Origin: Octopus sinensis
Lineage: Eukaryota
Direction of reading: 5' to 3'
Assembly: GCF_006345805.1 (NCBI RefSeq)
Contig: NC_043014.1
Span: forward strand, 35,588,001 to 35,652,000
Length of the DNA stretch: 64,000 nucleotides
Of the stretch, positions 1-12,910 are shown piece after piece (the stretch's first letter is position 1; every line of letters starts with the position of its first letter). The notes under the pieces are model-generated. The model did no database searches, had not been told where the DNA came from, and saw only the letters and a list, made by a program, of their open reading frames with translations. A program made the position numbers and the translations under genes.

Positions 1-372
1 ACAAAGAAGAGAGAGGGAGAGAGAGAGAAGGACATTTAGAGGGATAGAGGTTGACGATGAAAGAGAATTTTCATGGAGGCGTCGTTCGGTGGTAATGAAA
101 AGGGAGCAGGCTTTTCTAGGCACAAATTTAAGGAACTCAAAGTTTCTTGTGGTTAATCAGGCTTATTAATTAAGATGGGGGCATCAACAGAGCTTTGATC
201 CGGCGCATCAAAAAACCCTATGATCAATGATAATCCAACCATGACAATCCTGCCTTTTTCAGGCATAGTATTCTCTGGACTTCAATATCAAATGTTCCCT
301 CTTTTAAGGCAATCTAATGTTGCTTCAGAAATATTTCTGTGACAGCATAAAGGCTTCCTCTAATAGGAGCTA

Positions 373-725
373 CTATTGTGCAGTAGAACAGTACTCAAAT
401 ATTGTACATGGCACTGTAGGAGAGTAGTGTACTCTAATGCTGTATATTATAGTGTTGAAGAGTGCTCCATTGCAGTATAGTACAATACAGAATAGTATTG
501 TAATGTAGTATAGATCAGTATAAAACAGTACGTTAAAGCAGTATAGTGCAATACTGAATTGTACTCTGATATAGTATAGGGCTGTGAAGAACAGTACTCT
601 AATGTGGAACAGTATAGAAGACACACTAATGCAGTATAGTGTACTGTAGAACAGTACTCTAATGGAGTATATAACATAGTATAGGGCAATATAGGACAGT
701 ACTCTTAATAGAGTACATGGCAGTG
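373..725. repeat. Degenerate minisatellite built on an (A)GAACAGTACTCTAATG-like unit
   Basis: Variants of agaacagtactc(t)aat recur near 385, 590, 648 and 697, mixed with cagtatag motifs; the ORFs here are low-complexity. Confidence 0.6.
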
Positions 726-2093
726 AGGCAGAGCTGGCAGAATTTTTAGCAGCATTTTGTCTATGGCACTGATCTTTCAGTTATGCATACAATGTACAAT
801 TGAAGTATTAGTAGTCTTAGTGTTAATTGCAGGCTTATCACTTGCTGAATCCTTGGTTGTCGAGATGATTGATACTTACCATTTGCGATGTCTTCTTTGC
901 ATAGTGACAGATAAAAATAAAAACATTGTATTTTTTTGTTTTTAAGTTGCATTTTTTATTTGTTCGTAATGATGGTCGTATGTGATAAATTATAACTGAA
1001 CAGTAATGTAGATTTACAATCTATAAATAGATTCCTTTTACGGATATAGAAGTGAAAAAAAAATGGAATGAAACGGAAATGATAAATATGAGGGCCCAGA
1101 TTCGTTTCAAACTCATACATGCTTTCTTGATACTTGAGCTATAATTAATTTTATATCATGCATCCGGAACTGTCGTGACCTTGCTAACGAGGATCAAGTT
1201 AGCTTATTAAAAACACCTTATGCAAATATTTTTCACCTTAAAATATGTCTATTACAAGTTTGAATTAATTAAGATTTCAGTGTTGTCAACCATTTACATA
1301 TTTTGAGATACGGAGTTGTCTCCTTTTTCTGCCTTGAGCAGTTTCAGGCATTGTTCCAATGTTTATTTCTCCTCAGTGTTGAAAAACAGCTTGATTATAT
1401 ACAGTTCTCTTGCTCGACAAATTATTTGTGATAACGCTAACATAGATCCTAAGCACTTTCTTTGGAATCTCGTCAACATCAAAAGGGCAACTGTGTATGT
1501 ATGTGTGTATATGTGCAAGTATTTGGAGTTAGTCCAAGAGTAGATCTGTATGTTTTGTTTTATTTTGGTGTACTCCTACATATAGTTGCATGTCTAGACG
1601 TGTGCATACGTACTTATATGCGAAACCTTTGGAAACTTTTACATATTCTGACAGATAACTACAAGAAAAATGCATTTTATAGTTACAGTTTCTTTTATAA
1701 CTTCCGCTAAAAAGAGTCGGTTTAAGTTTTACGGAATTATTTGGTTTTGTCGTGTCTTTGCATGATCAACAGAAGTTTCAGACGAAAATGACTGCGGTCT
1801 TGAAAAAAAAAGGTTCCTTCAGTCAATACATCTGGAGATTAACCAGTTTTTCAAGAGGACACATAGTTGTAGTTTTAAAGTCAGTGATAGTTTCCATCGT
1901 AATTTCGATCTCTAGTCTCCTACGTCAAATATGCGACTTGTCGCTTTGTGTGTAATTTCAGTTGCACCATACATCACACGTTTTAATATGGAAACATTCC
2001 AGCAGTCGTTCAAGGAACCAAATATAACATATATATGCTTTGTTGTTATTTCAAGCTTTCATGATTCCTTGTAAAGATAAACAGAATTTTAGC

Positions 2094-2229
<136 letters not shown>

Positions 2230-2261
2230 TTAATCATAGAGTGGGGTTTCTAAATAAGATT

Positions 2262-2460
2262 CCTTTCTGTTATGGTACAAAACTTGAAACTTTGCGGGAG
2301 GATGATAGTCAAATACATCGACTCCATTCTTCGACTGGTACTTTTCTTATCGACCTGGAAAGGATGAAAAGCAAAGTCGAAGTCGGCGGAATTTGAACTC
2401 AGAACGTAAAGATGGGTGACATGCTGCTAACCAATTTTTCCCACGCAGTAGTGATTCTCC
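2262..2460 (-). mobile_element. Old, diverged SINE, family B type
   Basis: Contains gaaaggatgaaaagcaaagtcga..ggcggaatttgaactcagaacgt, the reverse complement of the SINE B body and B box. Confidence 0.75.
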
Positions 2461-2775
2461 TGCTTGGGTGTCTCTATATAAGAATATATATAATCGGTTC
2501 AGGAGCATACGTAAGTAATTGAAATACATATACGAGTAATCAGGTGTGTAATCCGTTCCAAGTCACACCCAAACTTCAAATAAAGCATGAAATGAGGTTT
2601 TATTTGCCCATCCATCAATAGAAAATACATACATACACACAAGCATACATACATACAAACATACATACATACATACATAACGTGTAAATATGTGTGTATA
2701 AGTGTATGTGCGTGTGCACGCGAATGCTTATGTTTTTCGCAAAAAATATGAGAAATCTTATTATATTCAATATAT

Positions 2776-2944
2776 AGGTGCAGATGTGGCTGCTGTGTGG
2801 TAAAAAGCTTGCTTTCCAACCACAGGGCTCCCGGTTCAGTTTCACTGCGTGGCACCTTGAGCAAGTGTCTTCCACTATAGCTTAGGACAGACCAAAGCCT
2901 TGTAATCGGATTTGGCAGACGGGAACTGAAAGTAGTTCGTAGTA
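2776..2944 (+). mobile_element. SINE family A, 5' half, interrupted by a mariner
   Basis: Head aggtgcag..tggctgctgtgtggtaaaaagcttgc..ggttcagtttcactgcgtggcacc matches the family A head; the body resumes at 4184. Confidence 0.85.
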
Positions 2945-2946
2945 TA

Positions 2947-4181
2947 CGAGGGATGTTCATTTCCCCTGACCCACATTCGGTTATTGCAGGAAATAGTACT
3001 TGCACAAGTATAATTATACATGTCTCTACATGTCACATTGTAAATTGTAGCTTTCCACTAGTATTCGTTTGTATTTTACGGCTGCCGAAGTGAACTAAGG
3101 TGTTATAATGGAGGCAGTTGAATGCAGATCAGTGATCAGGTTCTTATACTTGAAAGGTCGTACACCGAAAAAGACTTTCGATAAGATGAAAGAAGTTTAT
3201 GGTAATGATGCGCCATCATACGACGTAGTCAAGCACTGGTCTTGCCAGTTCAAATGCGGTCGAACATCGGTGGAAACTACTCCTATTCCTGGACGACCAC
3301 ATTCCGCCATTGATGACGACACCAGCCACAAAGTGGAAGCTGCCATTTTGGAAGAATGCTGCGTAACTATTCGGCTACTAGCCCAAGAAGTGAAGATAAG
3401 TGTAGGGTCCGCGGAAAAAAAATCATTCATGACCATTTGCACATGTTGGAGTTGTCTGCACGATGGATTCCCCTGATGCTCAGACCTTTTCAGGAGCAGG
3501 AACGAGTCAATTGCTCCCAGGCTTTTTTCGTAAAGTGTCAAGTAAACGAGGAGAACTTTTTCGGCAGATTTATCACAGAATGAAACTATGATCCTGAGAC
3601 TAAAGTGTAGTCGAAGCAATGGAAGCATGATAACTCACCACCTCAAAAGAAGGTGATGCACGCAGTCTTTTGAGACCAGCGCGGAGTAGTGATGAGGGAT
3701 TTTCTGGCAAAAGGCACCACAGTTATCATGCTTCTCGGCTGCAGAAATTACGGGAAGCCATCAAAGAAGAGAGGCGTAGCATGCTGACCGAAGGAGTCCG
3801 CCTCCTCCAAAACAACTCCCCAGTTCACAAAGCACATGTTGACCAGATGAAAGATTACTCCTGCAGCTATGAAATCCTTCGCCCCCACTTATTCTCCCAA
3901 CCTTGCACCATCTGACTTCCACCTCTTTCCAACCATGAACTCCTTTTTGAAGGGGAAGCAATTTTCGGATGATGCTGAACTTATTTCTGAGGTAAAATTT
4001 TAGCTCTAGATGCAACCTACCTACTTCTACAGACGAGGTCTTCACAGCTACATAAAGCGATGGGAGAAGTTTGTCACTGTTGGTGGTGGCTATGTAGAGA
4101 AGGACTAATAATTACGCCTAATTTCGTTTATCTCAGGCTTTGGGAAGTGGGTCAAAGGAAATCTATAATGAACAACCTTCG
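2947..4181 (+). mobile_element. Full-length but decayed mariner (Tc1/mariner, irritans-like) DNA transposon
   Basis: TA at 2945-46 and 4182-83; imperfect TIRs (cgagggatgttca..ttcccctgacc versus the reverse complement of ggtcaaaggaaatctataatgaacaaccttcg); transposase relic inside. Confidence 0.9.
3108..4108 (+). pseudogene. Mariner transposase pseudogene
   Basis: N-terminal HTH MEAVECRSVIRFLYLKGRTPK..GRP, then SARWIP (WVPREL-like), YDPETK, LLQNNSPVH (DNA-motif region) and C-terminal RWEKFVTVGGGYVEKD*; multiple frameshifts and stops. Confidence 0.9.
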
Positions 4182-4183
4182 TA

Positions 4184-4480
4184 TATACGTGTGTGTATGT
4201 ATTTGTGCATGTGTGTGTGCATGTGTGTGTGTGCATGCGTGTGTCTTTGTGTCTGTTTCTTTATGTCCGTGATTGTGCCCCCACCAACGCTTGACAACCG
4301 GTGTTGGTTTGTTTACTTACCCGTAATCTAGCGTTTCGTCAAAAGAGATCGATAGAATAAGTACCAAGTTTTAAAAAAGAAAGCAGATAAAATATGTATT
4401 GGGATCGATTCGTTCGACTAAAAATTCTTCAAGGCAATGCTCCAGCATGGCCGTAGTCTAATGACTGAAACAAACAACAT
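4184..4480 (+). mobile_element. SINE family A, 3' half, diverged
   Basis: (TG)n spacer, then gcttgacaaccgg..gatagaataagtac..tccagcatggccgtagtctaatgactgaaac. Confidence 0.85.
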
Positions 4481-4929
4481 AAAGAAAATGTAATCAAAAA
4501 ATTTGTTTGTGACACAAAATGCATACACAGACTTTAACGAACTGTTTGTGCATACTCAACACAACTATTTAAATGCGTGCATAGCCTATACGTCACTGCA
4601 AATTTCACCTCCTTAATTGAATATAATTTTCTTCACCACAGCTGTTGGCAATATAATTTGTATATTTAGAGTACTGTTCGTATAGGCTCTCCCTTCAGTT
4701 ATACGAGTGCATGGTCTGCTTCAGGTTTGTTCAAATTCCAGTTTGGTAAGCGAATAGATATGGTGTTCGCAAATTAAATTTCAACACTTTATATGAGCTT
4801 TCTTCTTCTTTAGAAAAATTCCTCGTAATTTGTTCGTTCAAAGAATCGTTCGTATATGTAGGCACCCCACTGCAAACTTATATATGCATGTATATAGTTA
4901 AATGTATCTAGATGTGTGTGTAGGTGTAC

Positions 4930-4991
4930 AATGGCGGTGCCCCAGCATGGCCACAGCTCATAAGCTGAAACTAGAATCAATCAATCAATCA
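4930..4991 (+). mobile_element. Ultra-short CR1-type tail element with (AATC)n end
   Basis: aatggcggtgccccagcatggcca-cagct-cata-agctg-aaac-tag(aatc)n, homologous to the LINE 3' end at 25848-25886. Confidence 0.7.
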
Positions 4992-5199
4992 TATATATAT
5001 ATTATATAAATATGAATATATACACATAAGATGTACAATACGTATGTGTGTACATGTATACATTTTTATATACACTCACAGATGCATACAACATACAAAC
5101 ACACACACACACCACATATTTAATATCATCCAGGTATTAACTTCATAAAGTGCATTTAAAAGTTTCAGTACAGTTATCGGCTGCATAGAAAAGGGTATT

Positions 5200-5298
5200 C
5201 CTTGAGCTATATCTTTATGTACACATCTATATCTATATCTATATATATATATTATACATACATACTTACATACATAAATACGCACACACACACACACA

Positions 5299-5329
<31 letters not shown>

Positions 5330-5333
5330 ACAA

Positions 5334-5367
<34 letters not shown>

Positions 5368-5563
5368 GCCACACACGCATATGTATATACATATATATAC
5401 ATATATACCTCTAATGTAGGATAAAAATTTTCGAAATAAATTTATCAATGGCCAGCATATACGTACATACATATATATATATATATAAATAGAGAGGGAG
5501 AAGAGAAAGAGAAAGAGAGAGAGAGAGACCAAAGTGTAATGCACGCCGCTATTATATATATAT

Positions 5564-5634
<71 letters not shown>

Positions 5635-5680
5635 TTATGTATGTATGGATGTATGGATGTATGGATGTATGGATGGATAA
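5200..5680. repeat. Compound TA/CA/GA/TATG/TGGA microsatellite block
   Basis: Directly visible. Confidence 0.95.
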
Positions 5681-6146
5681 AGAGGATTCACTCAGTAAAG
5701 ATCATAAAGGACATCTTACAGACAATACGATATCGAATAATATTTTTCTGTATAAAACTGGATATTGTGTTGGAGTGGGCGTGTGTGTATGGGTGGGTGT
5801 GAGAGAGAGAGAGAATGTGTTCTGTGTGTATGTATGTTTGTGTGTGTTTGTCATTTTTAGTAGTACATTAGACTGTGAAAGAGCTGCAGTCACACGTCGC
5901 CCGATCGAGGCGTCTGCTCGTGTTACATCGAGGCTGTACTTGCATGCACCGCGTGAACTAAACAGATGTCTGCAAGTTAGCTACCTCTAGCAAAATATGT
6001 GTTCGCGTCTGTATGTGTTATATGTGTGTATATGTATGTGTGTATGCGCGTGTGGTGTGCGTGTGAGTGTGTCTGAGATTGTGCTTGTGTGTCTGAGTAT
6101 ATATATATAATATATATATATATATTATATATATTATATATTATAT

Positions 6147-6177
<31 letters not shown>

Positions 6178-6595
6178 TACAATATATATATATATAGTAT
6201 GTATATATCCTTGTGTATGAATGTTTAGCAGCTTGTCTTTGTACACAAAATACAGACTCATATATAGAAGTACAATTCTAAAAGTACATATATATTCCGA
6301 AATGCAAATACGATTACTATTAATATACATATATATACACACATATAAACACACACACACTCATACACACACACAAACGCACCCACACACATAAACACAG
6401 TCTACATGCGCTCAAACACATATGTGTACATGTGGTGTATATATATGTGTGGGTGTGCGTGTATATACATTGGTGTGTTTATATATAGGTGTGTGCATAT
6501 GTCTGTGATACCCATGTCAAGTACAGCCATTTACACCTACACACATGAACACACTCTTATGCACACGTACATACAATCTCAAAAAGAAGCACACG

Positions 6596-6639
<44 letters not shown>

Positions 6640-6824
6640 CACACACACACAGAGTCATACATACACAACGTCCAGTCTGAGACGCTCACACTCATTCACC
6701 CCGTCTAAAGTTTGGCAGTCAAACAGAAAACCAAAAGTCTACAATGAATAAATACATAAATCCAATGCTTATAACTGCCCTTCCACTAGTTTCCATTTCT
6801 TTGCCTCTCTCCTGTCACCTCTGC

Positions 6825-7240
6825 CAGTTCCAGCAACATCGCCACCGCCGCCACCACCATCACCGCCGCCACTACCATCACCGCCACCACCACCATCACC
6901 GCCGCCACCACCATCACCGCCGCCACCACCATCACCGCCATTGCTGCCGCCTCACCGCCGCGCCCGTCGCTGCTACTTACGTCGCCGCCACTAACGTCGC
7001 CGCCGCTAGCATCGCCTACACTTCCACGGTCACAACCACCGCCATTACTCACCATCACCACTCCAATATTGCTGCCACCACTAGCATAACTCCCACCACC
7101 ATCACTCTCATTGCAAAACCATCACCACCACCGCCACCACTTCTACTATCGTCACCCCCACCATCGCTACCACTACCTAGACCACCACCACCAACAACAC
7201 TACCTACTACCTCAAACATCCCCATCATCTCTTCAAAATC
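6825..7240. repeat. CAC/CGC/CAT trinucleotide low-complexity tract with an 18-bp higher-order unit
   Basis: caccgccgccaccaccat repeated about 4 times near 6860-6935, decaying into ACC-rich sequence. Confidence 0.85.
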
Positions 7241-7510
7241 CCATCGTTAGAATCTTCTGAATCTTCCGACGTCATAGATATATTATTCTATGGATAGACA
7301 AGATAGACTGTCTTACTGATATTTTGATTTTTCTTCTTTTTTGATATATTTTCAAAATGGCAGACAGATTATTTTGAGTTACCCTGTTTGAAATCTTTGC
7401 GCGTTTTGACTTTTAAATCCGATCGAGGTCGACATTGCATTTCATATTTCCAGGACTGGATCCGATATAATCAACCGTTTAATCCTATAAAACTTGTAAG
7501 TGACCCGACT

Positions 7511-7609
7511 TTTCGTCCGATGTTTCATTGTCCAACGCCATTTCGTCCGATGTTTCATTGTCCAACGCCATTTCGTCCGATGTTTCATTGTCCAACGCCA
7601 TTTCGTCCG
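7511..7609. repeat. 30-bp tandem repeat, 3.3 copies
   Basis: tttcgtccgatgtttcattgtccaacgcca perfectly repeated at 7511, 7541 and 7571, with a partial copy at 7601. Confidence 0.97.
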
Positions 7610-7713
7610 CGTATTTTTGTCCAATGATTTTTTTTTTTGTCCAACAATTTTTTGTCCAATTTTAAATACACTCTTTCGAGAACAAGGTGGACATGAAAGT
7701 CAAATAATCATTG

Positions 7714-8100
7714 CTCTTTTACTTGTTTCAGTCATTTGACTGCAGCCATGCTGGAGCACCACCTTTAGTCGAGCAAATCGACCCCAAGACTTATTCTTTG
7801 TAAGCCTAGTACTTATTCTATCGGTCTCTTTTGCCGAACCGCTAAGTGACGGGGAGTTAAACACACCAGCATCGGTTGTCAAGCAATGTTGGGGGAGACA
7901 AACACAAACACTCAAACACACATATATATACATATACATATATTCGATGGTCTTCTTTCAGTTTCCGTCTACCAAATCCACTCACAAGGCTTTGGTCGGC
8001 CCGAGGCTATAGTAGAATATACTTGCCCAAGGTGCCACGCAGTGGGACTCAACCTAGAATCATGTGGTTGGTAAGCAAGCTACTTATCACACAGCCACTC
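7714..8100 (-). mobile_element. SINE family A (tRNA-like head, internal microsatellite, CR1-type tail)
   Basis: Reverse complement has an A-box-like tggctgtg(t)g and a B-box-like gg(t)t(c/g)agtccc head, and the tail ggtggtgctccagcatggc..cagtcaaatgactgaaacaagtaaaag. Confidence 0.92.
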
Positions 8101-8312
8101 GAGAAATTTTTCGATAGGATTTCTCGTTGGAGAAAAAAAAATATCATCGAACAAAAAGACTTCGGACCAAAAGACATGGACGAAAAGACGTTTGATGAAG
8201 TGATGTCGAGTGAAAAGACACAGCACCATCCTGTGAACCCTTAAGGCAAACTCTATTTCTGTAACGCTAGTCTTTTAACCACACAACTAGCATTTGAGCG
8301 TGCATATTTTTT

Positions 8313-8520
8313 CTTTTGCTTCTTTCAGTCATTGCACTGCGGTCATACTGGAGCACCGCCTTTAGTCGAGCAACAGACAAAGGGATTGAGTCGATTATAT
8401 CGACCCAGTGCGTAACAAGTACTTATCTAATCGACAAAATGAAGGATAAAGTAGACCTCGGTGAAATTTGTACTCAGAACGTAACAGCAGACGAAATATT
8501 GCTAAGCATTTCACCCAGCT
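8313..8520 (-). mobile_element. Chimeric SINE: family B body joined to a family A 3' tail
   Basis: 8313-8373 is an A tail (tttcagtcattgcactgcggtcatactggagcaccgcctttagtcgagcaa); 8374-8520 is a B body (cagacaaagggatt..gtcgattatatcgaccc..tttgtactcagaacgtaacagcagacgaaat). Confidence 0.75.
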
Positions 8521-8816
8521 ATCATACATCGCTCTTAAATTTGTCATTAAAAGAATCTCACAATTTAACGAAAAGTGAGAATTCTGGATATTGACAGTAA
8601 ATTATCAGCTTTGAGTGAATATATGAGGGTGGATACCAGTGTTTGTTTATGTTTTACTCAATGTGTGCCTGTATGTGTATTCGTATATGAGTGAGTTGTA
8701 TTCAAAACGAGAACGTCAATGTTGTGATAGATGTTTTAACTTTTAACATCTAAGCACATGTATTCGTGGCCTTGAGCTGCTTTGCGTGCTTTAATGTGTG
8801 TCAACTAAAAATAAAC

Positions 8817-9613
8817 CTTTCTACTACAGGCACAAGGCCGGAAATTTTGGGGGAGGGAACTAGTCGATTACATCGATCCCAGTGTTTCACTGGTGCTTAA
8901 CTTATCGACCTCAAAAGGATGAAAGGCAAAGTCGACCCCATGTGGAATTTGAACTCAGAACGTGAAGACGGACGAAATGCCGCTAAGCATTTTGACCGGT
9001 GTGTTAACGATTCTTATTTCCTTCTTGCCCAGAAGCGGCTAAACATAGAGGGGACAAACAAGGACAGACAAAGGGATTATGTCGATTACATCGACCCCAG
9101 TGCGTAACTGGTACTTAGTTTATAGACCCTGTAAGGATGAAAGGTAAAGTCGACCTCGGCGGAATTTGAACTCAGAATGTAATGGCAGACGAAATACCTG
9201 TTTCTTTACTACCCACAAGGGGCTAAACACAGAGAGGACAAACAAGAACAGAGAAAGGAATTAAGTCGATTACATCGACCCCAGTGCGTAACTGGTACTT
9301 AATTTATCGACCACGAAAGGATGAAAGGAAAAATCGTACTCGGCGGAATTTGAACTCAGAACTAACGACAGACGAAATACCTATTTCTTTACTACCCACA
9401 AGGGGCTAAACACAGAGAGGACAAACAAGGACAGACAAACGGATTAAGTCGATTATATCGACCACAGTGCGTAACTGGTACTTATTTAATCGACGCCGAA
9501 AGGATGAAAGGCAAAGTCGACCTCGGCGGAATTTGAACTCGGAACATAACGGCAGACGAAATACGGCTACGCATTTCGCCCGGCGTGCTAACGTTTCTGC
9601 CAACTCGCCGCCT
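8817..9613 (-). mobile_element. SINE family B head-to-tail tetramer
   Basis: One full head at 9570-9613, ~183-184-bp units starting at 9382, 9199 and 9015, and a terminal variant-tail unit at 8817-9013; flanking direct repeat tgtgtcaact(g)aaaaata at 8797-8813 and 9615-9632. Confidence 0.88.
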
Positions 9614-10507
9614 TTGTGTCAACTGAAAAATAATAAACTCATACATATAATAACGTCTCTTTAAGGTGGTCGGGATTGTCACTAGATACGATACGGTGTT
9701 ACAATAAGGATCACTTTACATCCAGTATAGCTAGTGAGTGTACGTGTAACTTCTTCAATTTGTGATCATGATGTTCTCACTTTCTGATATTACTCCTCAG
9801 TGTCGCCAACAAACAGCTGAACTGGAAGCGATCCAACTGTCCTATATAAATTAGATTGCTTCTGTGCAGCATCTGAAACACAACGAGAGACTGAAAACTT
9901 CGCATTCTGGAGCAAAGAAAGTAAAGGTATGCAGTAGTTTATATTTAGAAGTTCTTAGAAAGACTATCACCAAACTACGGCCTTGAAAGTTTTGTAAATC
10001 TTAATATGGATGTTACTGCATAGTGTTAAGTGTATTCCCTCTTCCTCTTACTTTAGGACTAATCACAGCAGCAATAATCCGTTATTAGTGCCAATAGCAG
10101 TATTGATTCAAAATAACAATCTTTATATCATACTGAAAGCAGATATATTGTTGAAAGCTTGCTATATGGCAGTATTCGTCTCGGGAAAGTACCACTTAAG
10201 GAGGTACAGTAAAATCATAGAATATATATGTAGCAGGTGAAAATCATCCAAAAGCAACAGTGGCATTGTTAGATACACGTTCCTGATTTTTTGAGCTTCG
10301 TCAGTAGCAAGTATCGATAGTTTGTTCAAAAGGCCTTAGTTCTATGCTCACCTACGCTGAAAAACACCAGAGACTTATTTAGAGTAGACGTCAATACTTT
10401 CAAAGAACATACACTTATAGAACAAATGTTCTATAAGTGTATGAATCTGAATGTATTTCATCCATCGCGGCAAGAGAAAACTATGAGGGAAGTGGCGTCA
10501 GTTGCCC

Positions 10508-10915
10508 TTACTCTTTTACTCGTTTACTTGTTTCAGTCATTTGACTGCGGCCATGCTGGATCACCGCCTTCTGTCGAGCAAATCGACCCCAGGACATATT
10601 CTTTGTAAGCCTAGTACTTATTCTATCGGTCTCTTTTGCCGAACCGCTAGGTTACGGGGATATAAACACACCAGTATCAGTTGTCAAGCGATGTTAGGGG
10701 GATAAAACAGAGACACAAATACAAACATATATATAATCATATACATATATACGACGGGCTTCTTTCAGTTTCCGTCAACCAAATCCTCTCACAAGGCTTT
10801 GGTCGGCCCGAGGCTATTGAAGAAGACACTTGCCCAAAGTGCCACGCAGTGGGACTCAACCTAGAACCATGTGGCTGGTAAGCAAGCTACTTACCACAAA
10901 GCCACTACTGCGCCT
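10508..10915 (-). mobile_element. SINE family A
   Basis: Full head (gccactactgcgcct on + strand) through to the (ctctttta)n tail. Confidence 0.92.
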
Positions 10916-11189
10916 TGTTCGTTTATTAGTTGAAACTTGCATTAGAATTGATGATAGTGAAACACAGTATGGTCCAAGTCGACTTGATGCAATCATTACA
11001 AGAGTAAAATCTATATGAAAATACATATATAATGATATTTGTACACATATAGAGACATGCATAAAGTACATACAATAAGCAGAACAGTAAAACTATTCAA
11101 GATATTTTGTGAGAAACCTGATCCTTCCCGGCAAGAAGAATTCAAATAATTAAAAAACGGGGGAAAATTGCATATAAATATATTCACTT

Positions 11190-11201
11190 ATTTGCATGTG
11201 T

Positions 11202-11245
<44 letters not shown>

Positions 11246-11293
11246 TGGTGTGTGTGTGTGCATGTGTGTGTTTGTGTGTTTATGTGAACGTGC

Positions 11294-11352
<59 letters not shown>

Positions 11353-11378
11353 AGGATGGATGGATGGATGGATGGATG

Positions 11379-11462
<84 letters not shown>

Positions 11463-11730
11463 CACACACGCACACAAATGTACTAATAACGTAGGCATGT
11501 AAGTATATTTATACAAACATGTATGCCAGTGAATACGTTTGGGTATGTTTGTACACACGCAAGCACATACAAACATACATAAATATACGTACACAAATAC
11601 ATACTTATAGACATAAATTCACACATAGACACATACATACATACATACAAACATACATACATACATACATACATACATACATACATACATACATACATAC
11701 ATACATACATACATACATACATACATAGCA
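11190..11730. repeat. Compound (TG)n, (AGAT/AGAC/GGAT)n and (TACA)n microsatellites
   Basis: Directly visible. Confidence 0.95.
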
Positions 11731-12647
11731 TTATTCCAGTCAGACAGTCTGTCTGTGCTACTGTTTATTTTGGCATTAAATCCGCTGTCATTTTCTTTTC
11801 CCCAAAACTAGGTTCTACAACAGGAAGAAATATTAATGTAAACTACAATTTCTTTGTTGACAGTTTAAAGATATACACAGTAAATATGTACGATGTTGAG
11901 AAATAACAGAATCTAATGGCAGCATTTTCAGCTGTTTCAGCTGATATACAGATGTATGTGACCAAAAGAAGTATTCATATTTGATATTTGAGTGCATGAA
12001 AATTACTTCCCGAAACCAAAAGCCCATTACATTAACAATCTTTCCATCTCTCTCGTTCTGCACATTGAGTGCTACAGATATCTAGGTTCTAATGAAAATG
12101 CATCTTATAACGGTGCTGTGAACAAAGTAGGTTTGTTATAAGACCAGGCAGCTTCTGGCTGTCGTACGGTATCACTTAGAAAGAAAGCATTTACTTAACT
12201 AAACAATATCAAAACCACATGCATTAAACAATTGCTCGAAAGTGAAGAGAATAACATAATATAAGTCAGCAGTGAACTTTTCAAGGTGTACTCAATTTTC
12301 AATTACGTTATTTTTGACCCCAGAATTACTAGACAAGCGTACCTCAAGAAAGACAATTTAAACACCGCGTACCTATATAAAGCGATGTATGGGCATACTT
12401 CCAGTGAACTTGAGAATGGTGCTAATATTGACTGGAAGTGAAATTTCTCTTAACTGATATATATTACGTCACGTTTTCAGAGTTGGGCTTTTGCCATACG
12501 AGAGCAGTCGATAACTGCATAATACGTACTGAATAAATGGCAGTGAAAAGCTTAAACCCACAGCGTCGCAATCGAAATGCTGACGCCATTATGTCATAAA
12601 TCTGTGGAAAAAGTTACTCATGTTGTGATCAGTAGCTGCCTAAAAAT

Positions 12648-12881
12648 AAGGCGGTGAGCTGCCAGAGACGTTAGCTCGCCGGGAGAAATGCTTAGCGGTA
12701 TTTCGTCTGTCTTTACGTTTTGAGTTCAAATTCCGTCGAGGTCGACTTTGCCTTTCATCCTTTCGGGGTCGATAAACTAAGTACCAGTTACGCACTGGTG
12801 TCGATATAATCGACTTAATCCGTTTGTCTGTCCTTGTTTGTTCCTTCTGTGTTTAGCCCCTTGTGAGTAGTAAAAAAATAG
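12648..12881 (+). mobile_element. SINE family B monomer with a 13-bp TSD
   Basis: aaggcggtgagctgccagagacgttag..gagttcaaattcc..ccccttgtgagtagtaaaaaaatag; gtagctgcctaaa at 12632-12644 and 12882-12894. Confidence 0.93.
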
Positions 12882-12910
12882 GTAGCTGCCTAAACATATC
12901 ATTATACTAT

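Noticed and set aside
6744-7250. 168-aa His/Thr/Pro-rich ORF
   Set aside because: Trinucleotide low-complexity tract; no domain, no splice support, and open in several frames.
7511-9613. CRISPR-like appearance of the 30-bp repeat and the SINE B array
   Set aside because: No unique spacers, no cas genes, and a eukaryotic repeat context.
9800-9930. Apparent exon ending in AAAG|gtatgc
   Set aside because: The upstream part matches the LINE ORF2 segment QTAELEA(T/I)Q, so it is more likely an old LINE relic.
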